From positions 6,820,001 to 6,884,000 of the forward strand of contig NW_026948187.1 in NCBI RefSeq assembly GCF_963921235.1: 64,000 nt of DNA, written 5' to 3'. A model generated the notes under the pieces. That model did no database searches. It saw only the letters and a program-made list of their open reading frames with translations, and had not been told where the DNA came from. The DNA comes from Mobula hypostoma (taxonomy: Eukaryota). Positions 50,914 to 62,874 of the stretch are shown piece after piece. Position numbers and translations under genes: made by a program. The stretch's first letter is position 1, and every line of letters starts with the position of its first letter.

Positions 50914-50951
50914 AGTTTTTGTTCAGCTGCTCCGTCACTCTGAGCGCCGTG
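50914..50951 (-). other. Orphan V-type RSS with no V exon
   Basis: CACGGCG-22-ACAAAAACT with a degenerate A1 downstream cassette. The coding side is non-V DNA homologous to 32764-33110. Confidence 0.85.
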
Positions 50952-51291
50952 AAAGTTCTCGCCCTTCGTTATAACCTCATTGCAAGGTGGGATGTAACTG
51001 CCATCATGTTCTCTTCAGTGCTGAGGAAAGTGAAGTTATCCAAGGAGGTTCGGGCTCCCGAATCAGCTCAACACTGAACTATGTCAAACCCCATGACCTA
51101 ATTTCACGATTTCTACAAATCATGTTATCACTGTTAATTTTTGTATTTACTTAATTCTTCTAATCCTTCGCTATGTTTGAGATTGTTCAGTTTGTCTATT
51201 TTTGCTAACCGATTTTCCATCTTCCTGTTTAGTTGTCAATTAATCACGTCCTGGAATTAAAATGGATGACCCCTGTGAGATCCGGCTTTTT

Positions 51292-51310
51292 GTAGCGCCC
51301 TCTAGTGTTG
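51292..51310 (-). promoter_or_regulatory. CTCF site, intergenic
   Basis: ACACTAGAGGGCGCTA. Confidence 0.65.
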
Positions 51311-53209
51311 CGACCATTCCCATTCCGGCATACATCCATGCTACCTTTTGAGATGATGGACGGAGCCAGTTGGGTGGGAAAGGTCAGGGGCTGGAGAAGA
51401 AAGAATCTGATCGGCACGAGAGTGCACAAACAGGACCATGGGGAGGACTGGGTCCAGTGGGACAGCACTAATTCTCACAATGAAGTCTCCCAAGCCTACC
51501 TCCGCCGATACACACAAATCCGCACGCACCACCGGATCCGGCACCTACTCCCCAATCCTGTGAAGTCTGTCAAATTCAGGGATCGTTGAAAGTGTCTATC
51601 AATAACCCGCTGTTCCTTCAAAGTACGCCGTGTTCTACCGCCCACGGTGTGTGTTTCCCGATTTCTCACGATTTTTAACATATCCGGCTGTTCCCTAGTA
51701 CTTCGAAGTTCCTCTGCCCCTCGATTCTCGGCACCATTCACGGTGTTTGCCCTTCTAGTACACAATCGACTCTCTGTCCCTCAATGCTCCCTACAATTCA
51801 CAGTGAGTGTCCGACCGGTGTACAGTGTGGGTCCTCTGTCTCTCGACACCCCGCAACATTTTGAGTGTGTTTATCCTACCCTCCTACACCGAGGTTCCTC
51901 TTTCGCTCGACACTCCGCGCCGATCAGATGGTGGGTTCTAAACGTACTCCGAGATCCCTCGACTCTCCCCTTAGGTTCCAGCCTTATAAAGCCAAGTCCC
52001 TTTGTTTCTCCACCGTCCGAGAGTCCCTGCATTCTGAATTTCCACGGATGTAGAAAGGAAATAACTGGCGGGGGATTGATCTTGGAGACTGGATATCATT
52101 GGCGCCCTCAAAGGTTACGATCCTCCCGGACCGACCATGTGTTGGAAGATTGTACAAAGCAAGGGTAGATAGAGTGCGATGATCGGTGCGGAGACACCTT
52201 TACCATTGAGAAGGGGAGGAAATTAAAGACCAGGGTGCAATAGCTCCGCCCCTTATTTCTCTGATTCGCCGCTCGGGCGCACCGCCCTGCTGATAGTCTC
52301 TCCACCCAGCCTATGATTTACAGGCGTCTTCTTTCCTGTTTCGCTGACAGTAGCGGCTCATCCCTTTGTGTTTTGCTAATTTGTCCCCCACCCGTTATTC
52401 TTTCCTTTCCCGGTTGTGGATGCCTGCCTACCTCTTATAAGCTCACCTGTCCATCATGTCCTTCTGGTTCCGCTCCCCCTGCCGCCTTTTCCCATGATCC
52501 ACCGCTCTCCTGACTCAGGTTACTTCTCTTTATTCTCTTTATCTACTCCAGCTGTTTCCTCCCAGCATCTCATACAGAAACCCTCACAGACCTATCCACC
52601 CATGGGTCCCCTCGACTAATGTTTTCTATCACCTTCCAGCCTGTACTTCTTCAAAGAGTATTGTGCATCATTTATCGCTGGGCGCTCCCCAATACCGCCG
52701 GTTCGTTAGTCATACCGTTATACACCCACTGTGCCTCGACACTCCCCGCCATTCAAAACGTTTACGTCCTGCCCCTGTACACCGGGGTGCCTCAGTTCCT
52801 CAACAGTCCCGAACGTCTGTGCTCCAGCGAATGAACAAATGGGATGAAGAGCGGTAAATTAGATTCTGCGGACGGCACATGATGAGCGATGTCCAGTCAC
52901 CTTCAAAGGTTACCAGCCTCTGGCACTGGAGGTATGCCGGAGGACTGCACATGAAAATAAATAAATGGAGTGGAGAGATCAGTGCGCGGATTATCTTCCC
53001 CCATATGAAAGCATAATAAGGGGAGGACATTAAATCCAATGATTCCGCCCCTTATCTCACTGATTGGTCGCTGGGGTGCAGCGCCAGACAGATAGACCAT
53101 CCGCCCACCCTATGATTGACATGTGTCGTATTTCCTGTTTTGCTGACAGCACAGACGCTTCTGTCGGCGAGGTTTTTGTTCGGCTGCCCCGTCACTCTGA
53201 GCCGCCGTG

Positions 53210-53835
53210 AATACTCCAGGCGCAGAAATACACGGCAGACGGATTCGCCTCCAGTTTGTCGGACTTCAGGAGGAACTCGTTGCTCTTTGGTCTCTCCGCC
53301 GTGAAACCGTCGACCATTCCCTCTGGTAGGACGTACGGAGCTGTGTTCGAGTAAAACATGTTCTCCGGACCCTTTCCCGGGGATTGTCGGTACCAGAACA
53401 ACACGTTATCAACACTGGTTCTACCCTCTACTGTGCAACGCAGGGTCACCTTCTGGCCGGCAGTTCCCGAGAAAGCCGGCGTCTGGTGGATCGTCACCGA
53501 GGTCGCGTCTGGAAGAAAGAGACGGGGGAGGCATAACGGGGTGAATGAAAACGGAGACGCTGGTAAATGGGAAAGGGGAAAATAAAGGGTGCATTGAGGG
53601 AAGCAAGGAGGAAGATTGAAGTCGGGAAAGCTCGAGAGGAGATGGGAATTTACAGGCTGCGACCGAGCGCAGATCATGTGCGGACGCGGCGGCTCGTAAC
53701 TAAACAAGTAACGAGTCCAAGACGAACAGTGACGGGAATGTGAAAGGAAGCGAGAAGCAGAGAAAGAAAAAAAATAATATTTGTCAACTTTCACTCACAG
53801 TGGAAGGCGAGAATAAAGAGCAGAAACAGAAACAT
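53210..53835 (-). CDS. TRBV: V19: TRBV A1, intact (duplicate of V6)
   Basis: Leader 53799-53835. Exon 53210-53508. RSS 53171-53209: CACGGCG-23-ACAAAAACC. Confidence 0.92.
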
Positions 53836-54422
53836 CCTACGTGGTGGGTTTATTCTCTCAGTCCTGAAAGTGGTGCGTGCAGCAGAGAAATGATCCATTC
53901 ACTTCAAACCCCTTTGGTTGCTTATATCCTTGACATAGGTGGATTTGCGGAAGAATCGATTGGCCACGCCCTTTATATGTTCCAACACGATTTGAGGGGA
54001 GTACCTCTTCCGCTCTACCAAGATGACTACACAGCACTCTCCCTCTTTGACGCTATCCTCGTCCATCCATCTCTCTTTCTTCATCTGGCCCCGATTATCT
54101 CACTGTGTGCGATTTATTTAAGCTCCCAAGTCTTTCTGATTTCGTAAATCTAGACAACAGGTGTGCATAACACGTCACATCCCTTTCGCTGTAGTCAGGA
54201 ATCTAATAATGAGTGCTATTCGGTGAACCTTATGAAAAACCTTGTGTCCTGCATAGAGCAGTCTTTGGCATCCAGTCTCTCTCTTTCTTTCCCACCCCGA
54301 GCCTCGATCTCTGGCTCTTAGCAATGGTTGCCACCTAGCCGAAGATAAATTTCACTTTACAGAAAAAATGTGTCCTTTTAAATACCCTCGAAATACCTTA
54401 CATAAACTTTACCGCAGTCCCT

Positions 54423-54444
54423 GTGCGCCCCCTAGTGGTAGCAG
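54423..54444 (-). promoter_or_regulatory. CTCF site upstream of V19
   Basis: CCACTAGGGGGCGCA. Confidence 0.78.
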
Positions 54445-55197
54445 CCTGTGTCTTCAGACATTGCTCGATTGCATTGAGGTAGACTTCATATTCACGGTGT
54501 GTATCCTACCCTTGTTATCCTATCCCTCTCCGTCTCTTCACAATCCCCATTGTCTGTCACTCTCCTATCTTCGTGCACCCAAGACTCTCTGTACCTCCTC
54601 CCTCCCCACATTTGACGGTGTGTGCCCTATCCTTGTAACACTGAAGCCCCTCTGTCCCTCGACACGCCCCACCATTCAGGGTCATTTTACTACCCTGTAC
54701 ACCGCGGCACTTCTGTTCCTCAACATTCGCCACCATGTACAGTATGGTTGTCGAACACTTAGGCCCCGTGTTTCCTCTGTTCCCGATCCGTCCTGTATTC
54801 TTCGTATTCTGTGTTTCCAGCAACAGACAAAAAAGACACGAGTGGGAAATTGATCTTGGGGAGTGAACATTATTGGCGCACTCAGTGGTTTTGATTCTCC
54901 TGGACCGATGACGTGTGGGAAGACCGGAAATTACAGGGAAGAATAGACTGGAAAGGCGAGTGTGCGAATTGTATTCACCCAACTGGATGCTCAGAAGAGA
55001 AGGGAAGTGAACAGCTGCGGTACAATATAATCGCCCCTTATTTCACTGATTGGACGCTGCGCCGCTCACGACTGAATGATAGGCCCACCTCCCACCATAT
55101 GATTGACAGGAGTCGTGTTTCCTGTTTTGCTGACAGCAACGACCCTTCTGACAGTGAGAGTTTTTGTACAGCTGCCCCGTCGCTCTGTTCCGCCGTG

Positions 55198-55819
55198 AAT
55201 ACTCCACGCACAGATATATAGGGCCGACGATTTCGCCTCCAGTTTGTCAGACTTCAGGAAGATTTCGTTGGTCTTCGGTCTCTCCGCAGTAAAACCGCCG
55301 ACCAATTTCTCCGGCTGCACTGAATTAGCTGCGATCGAGTGAAACATGTACTCCGGTCCCTTTCCCGGGAATTGTCGGTACCAGTACAACCAGTTGTTAT
55401 CACTGGTACTACCCTCTACTGTGCAATTCAGGGTCACCTTCTGGCCGGGGGTTCCGGAGAAACCCGGAGTCTGGTGGATCGTCACTGAGGTCGCGTCTGG
55501 AAAAAGAGACGGGGGTGGAAAATGCGGTGATTGATCAGGGAGACCCAGGTCAATAGGTAAAGGGAGAAAGATGGTGCATTGGGGGAAGGAAGGAAGAGAA
55601 CTGAAGTTGGGAAAGCTGGAGAGGAGGATGGAACTGAGAGGCGGCTGCAGAGGGAAGACAGTGTGCGGAGGAGAGATCTCGTAAATAAAGAGACTACTGG
55701 AAGGTAAAGCACGTGAAAGGAATCTGAAAGGAAGAGAGGAGCAAAGAAATAAAAATTAATATTGTTTGTCAGCATCACTCACAGTGCAAGGCGAGGAGAA
55801 ACCGCAGAAAGAAAAGCAT
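55198..55819 (-). CDS. TRBV: V20: TRBV A1, intact (duplicate of V7)
   Basis: Leader 55783-55819. Exon 55198-55496. RSS 55159-55197: CACGGCG-23-ACAAAAACT. Confidence 0.92.
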
Positions 55820-57135
55820 CTTCCTTGGAGTGTTTATTCTCTCAGTGATGAAACTGTTGTGTGCAGCAGAGACGAGTCCATTCACTTGTTACCTATATCA
55901 GTGACGTCGGTGGACTTGCGGAAGTAGCGATCAGTCACGCCCCTTGTACGAACCTATCCGATCTCAGGGATGTGTTGTTACGCTCCACGAATTAAAGNNN
56001 NNNNNNNNNNNNNNNNNNNNNNNNNNNNNNNNNNNNNNNNNNNNNNNNNNNNNNNNNNNNNNNNNNNNNNNNNNNNNNNNNNNNNNNNNNNNNNNNNNNN
56101 NNNNNNNNNNNNNNNNNNNNNNNNNNNNNNNNNNNNNNNNNNNNNNNNNNNNNNNNNNNNNNNATCTATCTCTCTGCTCAACTTCGTCGCCCTCTGCACG
56201 CCCTATATCTCTTCCTTGCTGATTTTTAATGCTCCTTCGTTTTGGTATTTTCGGCATACCAGAGATCCCGTGTGAGAAGATAGGCCACAATACACCAACT
56301 CTTTATTGAAAACACGAATCTGTCTGACACATTGACCGGACTCCAAACTACGTCTGACATTTTAGTACATTTGCATCTCCTGTTGTGAGCCTGTTCCATG
56401 TCGCAGACCTCCTCTCTCATAAAGCAGGAGGCATACGGAGCACACCGGGAACATATTCACTCTCCAAGCTAAAGATTTTGAATCTGTATTCTAAACCCTC
56501 CCAGATCGCAGCTAAACCACGTGAAATATGTGTTCTGCATGGAGCAGGTTCCCATATATCGGCTGGCACGCACACATACGCCAAATTTTCCAAATCTGTA
56601 GGCGTCAGCAAATCGGCCAAGACCCCGTATACACCGACTACTCCAAATCCGTGCGCACCCGAAAATCCGCCTGAGAAAACTATTTCTGTTCCTACCCCCA
56701 GATCCGCCAAAACCCTCATATTCTGTCATCTTCAGTGATTGGGGAACATCAATATCCCTCTGTTCCTTCCAAGGACGGCATTTTCTGCCATTCACGGGGT
56801 GTGTCCTACATCTGTTCTCGAGTCTCTCCCTGTTTCTTAACTATCCGCCTGTCCCCGACCCTAGGCTGCAGAATCAAGGAAAGATGGAGTGGGAGAGAGC
56901 AGTGGGGATCATATTCCCCCATCTGAATTTTTAAGAAGGGGAGGAAATTAAACGCCACGGCATAATGCCTCCGCCCATTATTTCACCGATTGGCCGCAGC
57001 GGCGCAGCGCCAGACAGATAGACCCTCCTCCCACTCGATGATTGACAGGTGTCGTATTTCCTGTTTTGCTGAAAGCACAGACTCTTCTGACAGCGAGGTT
57101 TTGGTTCGGCTGCCCCGTCACTCTGAGCCGCCAGG

Positions 57136-59056
57136 AACACTCCAGGCGCAGAAATACACAACCCACGAATTCGCCTCCAGTTTGTCGGACTTCAGGATGA
57201 ACTCATAGAAAACATAGAAAATAGGAGCACGAGTAGGCCATTCGGCCCTTCGAGACTGCACCGCCATTTATTATGATCATGTCTGATCATCCAACTCAGA
57301 ACCCCGCCCCAGCCTTCCCTCCATACCCTATGATCCCCGTAGCCACAAGGGCCATATCTAACTCCCTCTTAAATATAGCCAATGAACTGGCCTCAACTGT
57401 TTCCTGTGGCAGAGAATTCCACAGATTCACCACTCTCTGTGTGAAGAAGTTTTTCCTAAGCTCAGTCATAAAAGGCTTCGCCTTTATCCTCAAAACGTGA
57501 TCCCTCGTTCTGGACTTCCCCAACATCGGGAACAATCTTTCTGCACCTAGCCTATTCAATCCGTGTTCAATCTTCTAAATTCCAACGAGTACAAGCCTAG
57601 TTCATCCAATCTTTCTTCATATGAAAGTCCTGTAATCCCAGGAATCAATCGGGTGAACCCTCTTTGTATTCCCTCTATGGCAAGGATGTCTTTCCTCAGA
57701 TTAGGGGACCAAAACTGCACACAATACTCCAGGTGTGGTCTCACCAAGGCCTTGTACAATTGCAGTAGTACCTCCCTGCTCCTGTACTCGAATCCTCTTG
57801 CTATAAATGGCAGCATACCAACCACCTTTTTCATCGCCTGCTGTACCTGCATGCCCACTTTCAATGACTGGTGTATAATGACACCCAGTTCTCGTTGCAC
57901 CTCCCCTTTTCCTAATCGGCCACCATTCAGTTAATAATCAGTTTTCCTATTTTTGCAACCAAAGTGGATAACTGCACATTTATCCACATTAAATTGCATC
58001 TGCCATGAATTTGCCCACTTACCCAAACTACCCAAGTCACCCTGCATCCTCTTAGCATCCTCCTCACAGCTAACACTGCCGCCCAGCTTCGTGTCATCCG
58101 CAAACTTGGAGATGCTGCATTTAATTCCCTCATCCAAGTCATTAATATATATTGTAAACAACTGGGGTCCCAGCACTGAGCCTTGCGGTACCCCACTAGT
58201 CACCGCCTGCCATTCTGAAAAGGTTCCGTTTATTCCCACTCTTTGCTTCCTGTCTACTAACCAATTCTCTACCCACATCAATACCTTACCCCCAATACCG
58301 TGTGGTTTAAGTTTGCACACTAATCTCCTGTGTGGGACTTTGTCAAAAGCCTTTTGAAAATCCAGATATACCACATCCACTGGTTCTCCCCTATCCACTC
58401 TACTAGTTACACCCTCAAAGTATTCTATGAGATTCATCAGACATGATTTTGCTTTCACTAATCCATGCTGACTTTGTCCGATGATTTCGTTGCTCTTTGG
58501 TCTCTCCGCCGTAAAACCGTTGACCATTCCCTCTGGTTGGACGTACGGAGCTGTGTTCTAGTAAAACATGTTCTCCGGACCCTTTCCCGGGTACTGTCAG
58601 TACCAGTACAACCAGTCAGTATCACTGATAATACCGTCCACTGTGCAACGCAGGGTTACGTTCTGGCCGGGAGTTCCGGAGACAGCCGGAGTCTGGTGGA
58701 TCGTCACCGAGGTCGCGTCTGGAAAAAGAGACGGGGGTGGCAAAATGCGGTGAACGAACAGGGAGACCCTGTTCAATAGGGAAGGGGAGAAAGAGCGTGC
58801 ATTGAGGGAATGAATGAGGAGAACTGAAGTCGGGAGAGCTCGAGAGGTGGACGGAATTCAGAGGTGGCGGCTGAGGGAAGATAGTGTGAGGATGCGACGG
58901 TTCGTCACTAAATATAGAGAGATTCCGGGACTACTGGAGTGTAAAACAAGTGAGTGGAATCAGAAAGGAAGAGAGAAGCAAAGAAAGGAAAAGAATATTT
59001 TTTGTTCAAATTCACTCACAGTGGAAGGCGAGGATGAACTGCAGAAATAGAAACAT
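57136..59056 (-). pseudogene. TRBV: V21: TRBV A1 pseudogene with the same CR1 insertion as V8
   Basis: Leader 59020-59056. TGA and TAG stops in the 5' exon piece (about 58480-58718). Same CR1 junctions as V8. Heptamer CCTGGCG 57129-57135. Confidence 0.9.
57206..58485 (-). mobile_element. CR1 LINE inserted in the V21 exon (duplicated copy of the V8 insertion)
   Basis: Same RT motifs and same junctions as 20981-22260. Confidence 0.93.
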
Positions 59057-60886
59057 CTTCCTTGGCGGGTTTATTCTCTCAGTGATGAAGCGCTGCGAAC
59101 AGCAGAGACGAATCCATTCACTTCATCCCCGCTTGTTACGTATCCCAGTGACGTAGGTGGATTTGCGGAAGTAGCGATCAGACACCCCCCTTCTGTGAGC
59201 CCGCCCCGATTCGAGGGATGTGCTGCTTCCCCTCCAGGGGTTTGACCACCCAACACTCTGGCTCTCTCTCCGTATCACTCCCTCCCTGTTTCTCCCTCTC
59301 CACACTATATCTCATTCTGTACGTTTTTTTTTGTACTATATGCCCCCCAGTCTTTTGTTTTTCACTGACCATTCTCTCCCTCTGTTTTCCACTCTCCGTC
59401 GCCTTTCTTCCTTGGTCCCATCTGCTCTCATCTGGGAAATCTTCTTCCACCGTGTATGTGTTCCATGTACTGTACCCCCTTCCAGCTTCCCATAAAATGT
59501 GTCATCTCCAATACGCGCAAAACTGCCCCCTCAAATGGCCCCAACTATCACCGACCGTCTTGTGGTCCTTCTCTTTCCGCACTTTATTATTCTAGATTCC
59601 CTTCCAGTTCCGATGTGATGTCTCCGTACGAAATATTGACTGGTTATTCCCCTCCATAGATACTACTTGACGTGTTGAGTCCCAGCAGCGTTTTAGTTGG
59701 TTGGTCAGAGGACAGAGAGTACACTTTTCCCAGACACCGCCTCCCGCAGTCAGTGCTCGGGTTTAGCTCCACTTCGTTCTTCCCTGAGCCAGTTGGAACA
59801 AATGCACATGTCCGATCAAAATCAGCTGAATGCCCAGCAAACTTTCTGCCCAACCGAATTCTCTCTTTCTCGCTTTCTCCCTGTCTCTCTCCCTCTCTCC
59901 GAAGATTATTTTCTTCCCCTGCCTCTTCATGAACGCCTCTCTGTCACAAATAAGCTGAAGTTGTTTGCCGGGCGCATTGAATATCTCCTTCTGTGCCTGT
60001 CTCACTATCACTCTAAGCCTCTCCCTGTCTACTGTCCTTAATCACCAGTTGTCACCTCTGATCTGTGACTTTCTTCTCTGTCCGTCCTTTTTATTGTACG
60101 CATGTCTTTGTCTTTCTATCCTTTTCAACCTGTTTATCTTCCCATCTATCTAACTTTCAGTCAGCCAGATAGCCAATCTATCTATTCGTTTCTCTGTCTC
60201 TCTCTCTCTATCCAGCTCTCTAACCATCTAACTACAAATCTATCTTTCTTTCTTTCTTTCTATCTATCTGTCTGTCTTTCCATCCTCCTTTCTGTCTGTT
60301 TATCAGTCTATATATCTAGTAAACTATTCAGGTCAAGATATTACCTGTTTATTTTCTGTTTAGTACTTTGTTTACAGAATGATTTCGTCTTGTCAGGCAG
60401 CCTCACCGAACCATTAGGGAGAAGGGGCGTTACTTCAGAAAATAGGCTTGACTCAGGGGCAGCTAATGTATTGCCCAGAGTGATGCACAAAGCAATGACT
60501 GGGCAGGATGTAGGTGCAGGGAGACTGCAGATAGTTGAAAGTCTCAATGTAGTTGGCCTCACTGGGAAGTTATGATCAAAACGGTCATGTAACGAGGAAC
60601 CACCATGCAGTCTGAGTCCACACCAGTCTGATCATCCGAGGGAAGCTTTCACCGAAACAAACAAAAAACATAACGGGTGCAAAGATATTTGTGGAGAATC
60701 GCTACAGCCATTTTAATCCCTAACAAGAGAACAACATGACAAGAGCAGGTGCGATATTGTCGCCCTTTGTTTCTCTCAGTCTCAGCATCGCAGCGCCATC
60801 TGTCGGACAGGATCACACCCGCGCTTCGATTGACATCAGGACGGTGGGGTTTTTGTTCAGCTCCTCCGTCTGACCCAGTCTCTGTG

Positions 60887-61483
60887 ATCACTCCGGGCAC
60901 AGAAGTACACGGCTGACGAATTCGCCTCCAAGGCGAAGGAGACCAGACTGAAGATGTAGCTGCTCGCTCTCTCTGCGGTAAAGCCGTACACCGACTCTCT
61001 AGGTTGCACGTTACTCGCATATGTACAGTAGAACAAGTTCTCCAGCCCCTGCCCCGGGTATTGTCTGTACCAGAGCATCGTATCAGCTGTGTTGCCGCTC
61101 CCCTCGACAGTACAGTTCAGCGTCACAGCCCGGCCGGTAGGACCGGAGAAAGCTGGAATCTGCTGGATTGTCACCGGGGTCACATCTGAAGAAGGGAATG
61201 GGACTGAAAAGAGGTGAGCATGTGCACGGCGAGAATGACGGGGGATAGAAGGGGAAGGAATGAAATTGGGGTGTTTCCAGGTGGCGGTCCGTATGGAGAG
61301 GTTCCGACGAAAAAAGATCAGAGTGAGGATGGAAATGTGCGGAGAAATGCGCAGAATGATACAGAAAAGGCTCAGGGCGAGAGGAAGTGAGGATCACCCT
61401 AGGGAAAAGAGAGGAAAATGTATGAGAAAATTTCCCTCACAGTGGAAGGAGAAGGAGACGATCAGGTGCAAAAGCAGCAACAT
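60887..61483 (-). CDS. TRBV: V22: TRBV A2, intact
   Basis: Leader 61441-61483 has an in-frame 6-nt duplication (MLLLLHLIVSFSFH). Exon 60887-61185 ends YFCARSD and has an extra Cys (FYC). RSS 60848-60886: CACAGAG-23-ACAAAAACC. Confidence 0.88.
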
Positions 61484-61765
61484 CTTCCCTGAAGGTATAT
61501 TCCGTCCCCAGTGAAAGTGTTGTGACCAGGAGCAATGAATCCACTCACTTCAGTCCCGCTTGTCACGTAACTCAGTGATCTAAATGGTCATTGGTGAGAC
61601 GGATGGCCACGTCCCTGCTTCTTTTGGCCAATCAGAATCGAGGCATGCGGAGTTATACTTTGCCGTATCATCATTTCACCTTCTTGACTTACCATATCCG
61701 TCTCCCAACGATAGACAAGTGTTGATTGACTCGCCGTATTCTCTTCTTCCTTATCTTTCTTTATT

Positions 61766-61817
<52 letters not shown>

Positions 61818-62080
61818 TTTCTCTCTCCCTTCCTATGCTGGCCATGGTGGATTTCAATATGGATGGAAACGCTGAAATCGAATGGGACACGGACAGCAGA
61901 AGCAGGCAGTTTATTGTTCCTGACAGGTGCTTGGAGTTGGGCGAAGAAGGAATCGATGAACTGGCCAACGGAGATCCCGTATTCCGGTGTTACCAATTGG
62001 AAATGTGCTTCGAGTGATGATTAGTACAGAGAGAGCAGAGTGCAGGGTCGAAGCTGTTGGCCCGGGACTCTCACTCTTTA

Positions 62081-62114
<34 letters not shown>

Positions 62115-62329
62115 TCTCCCTCTCTCACTCTCCCCCCACCACCGACTATTGTTCCTGCTAATGCGCACACCTCTCATAACTTTCATATCGGTGTATCTCT
62201 TTCTTTATTTATCTTGATATGTATCTGAGTAGTTCTGTCTGAATTAACAGTTCTCACTTCGCAAGTTATGATCGATAATTTACTTTATTCGTCCCATCTA
62301 CATGCAACGTCAACGACCATCACGATTCT

Positions 62330-62560
62330 GTCTGTTTAGATAGATCGATAGACAGTGAGATAGGTAGATAGATAGATAGATAGATAGAGAGATAGATAGA
62401 TAGGTAGATAGACAGACAGACAGACGGTTAGGCAGTAAGATAGACAATGAGATAGATAGATAGATAGTTAGTTTGATTGATTGATTGATTGATTGATAGA
62501 TAGACAGATAGGCAGTTAGATAGATACGTAGATGTACAGTTAAATAGTTAGATAGATAAT
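62330..62560. repeat. (TAGA)n/(TTGA)n microsatellite
   Basis: Direct reading. Similar tracts at 10260-10400, 25970-26110 and 39570-39700; (CT)n/(CA)n at 19850-19925, 32050-32110 and 61765-61830. Confidence 0.9.
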
Positions 62561-62874
62561 CCAAAATGACTGAATATAAACGTTTAATCATAGAACTCTA
62601 TTTTTGTTTTTGTTCTGCTCGCCCGTAACACATCCCAGCTCTATAAAAGCTCCGATAGATGAACTCGAGGTTTTCCACTGTGACTCAGCCTTCACTTTGG
62701 TCCTCTGTGATTATCAATGGATCAGAGATAATTACAGAAAGCTGAAACACGCGAAGGCGTGCAGTGCAAGGAAAGATGTATAAAAGGCACGGTCCTGTGT
62801 CTCAGAGGTGAGCAATACCGGACCAGAGTGAAATGGCTCCTGTGCCAGATATAAAATGAGTTGTGAAACGCAAT

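Noticed and set aside
57931-58527. Functional TCR V-reverse transcriptase fusion protein
   Set aside because: TGA and TAG stops lie upstream in the V piece, the RT is truncated and the RSS is dead. It is kept only as a junction observation.
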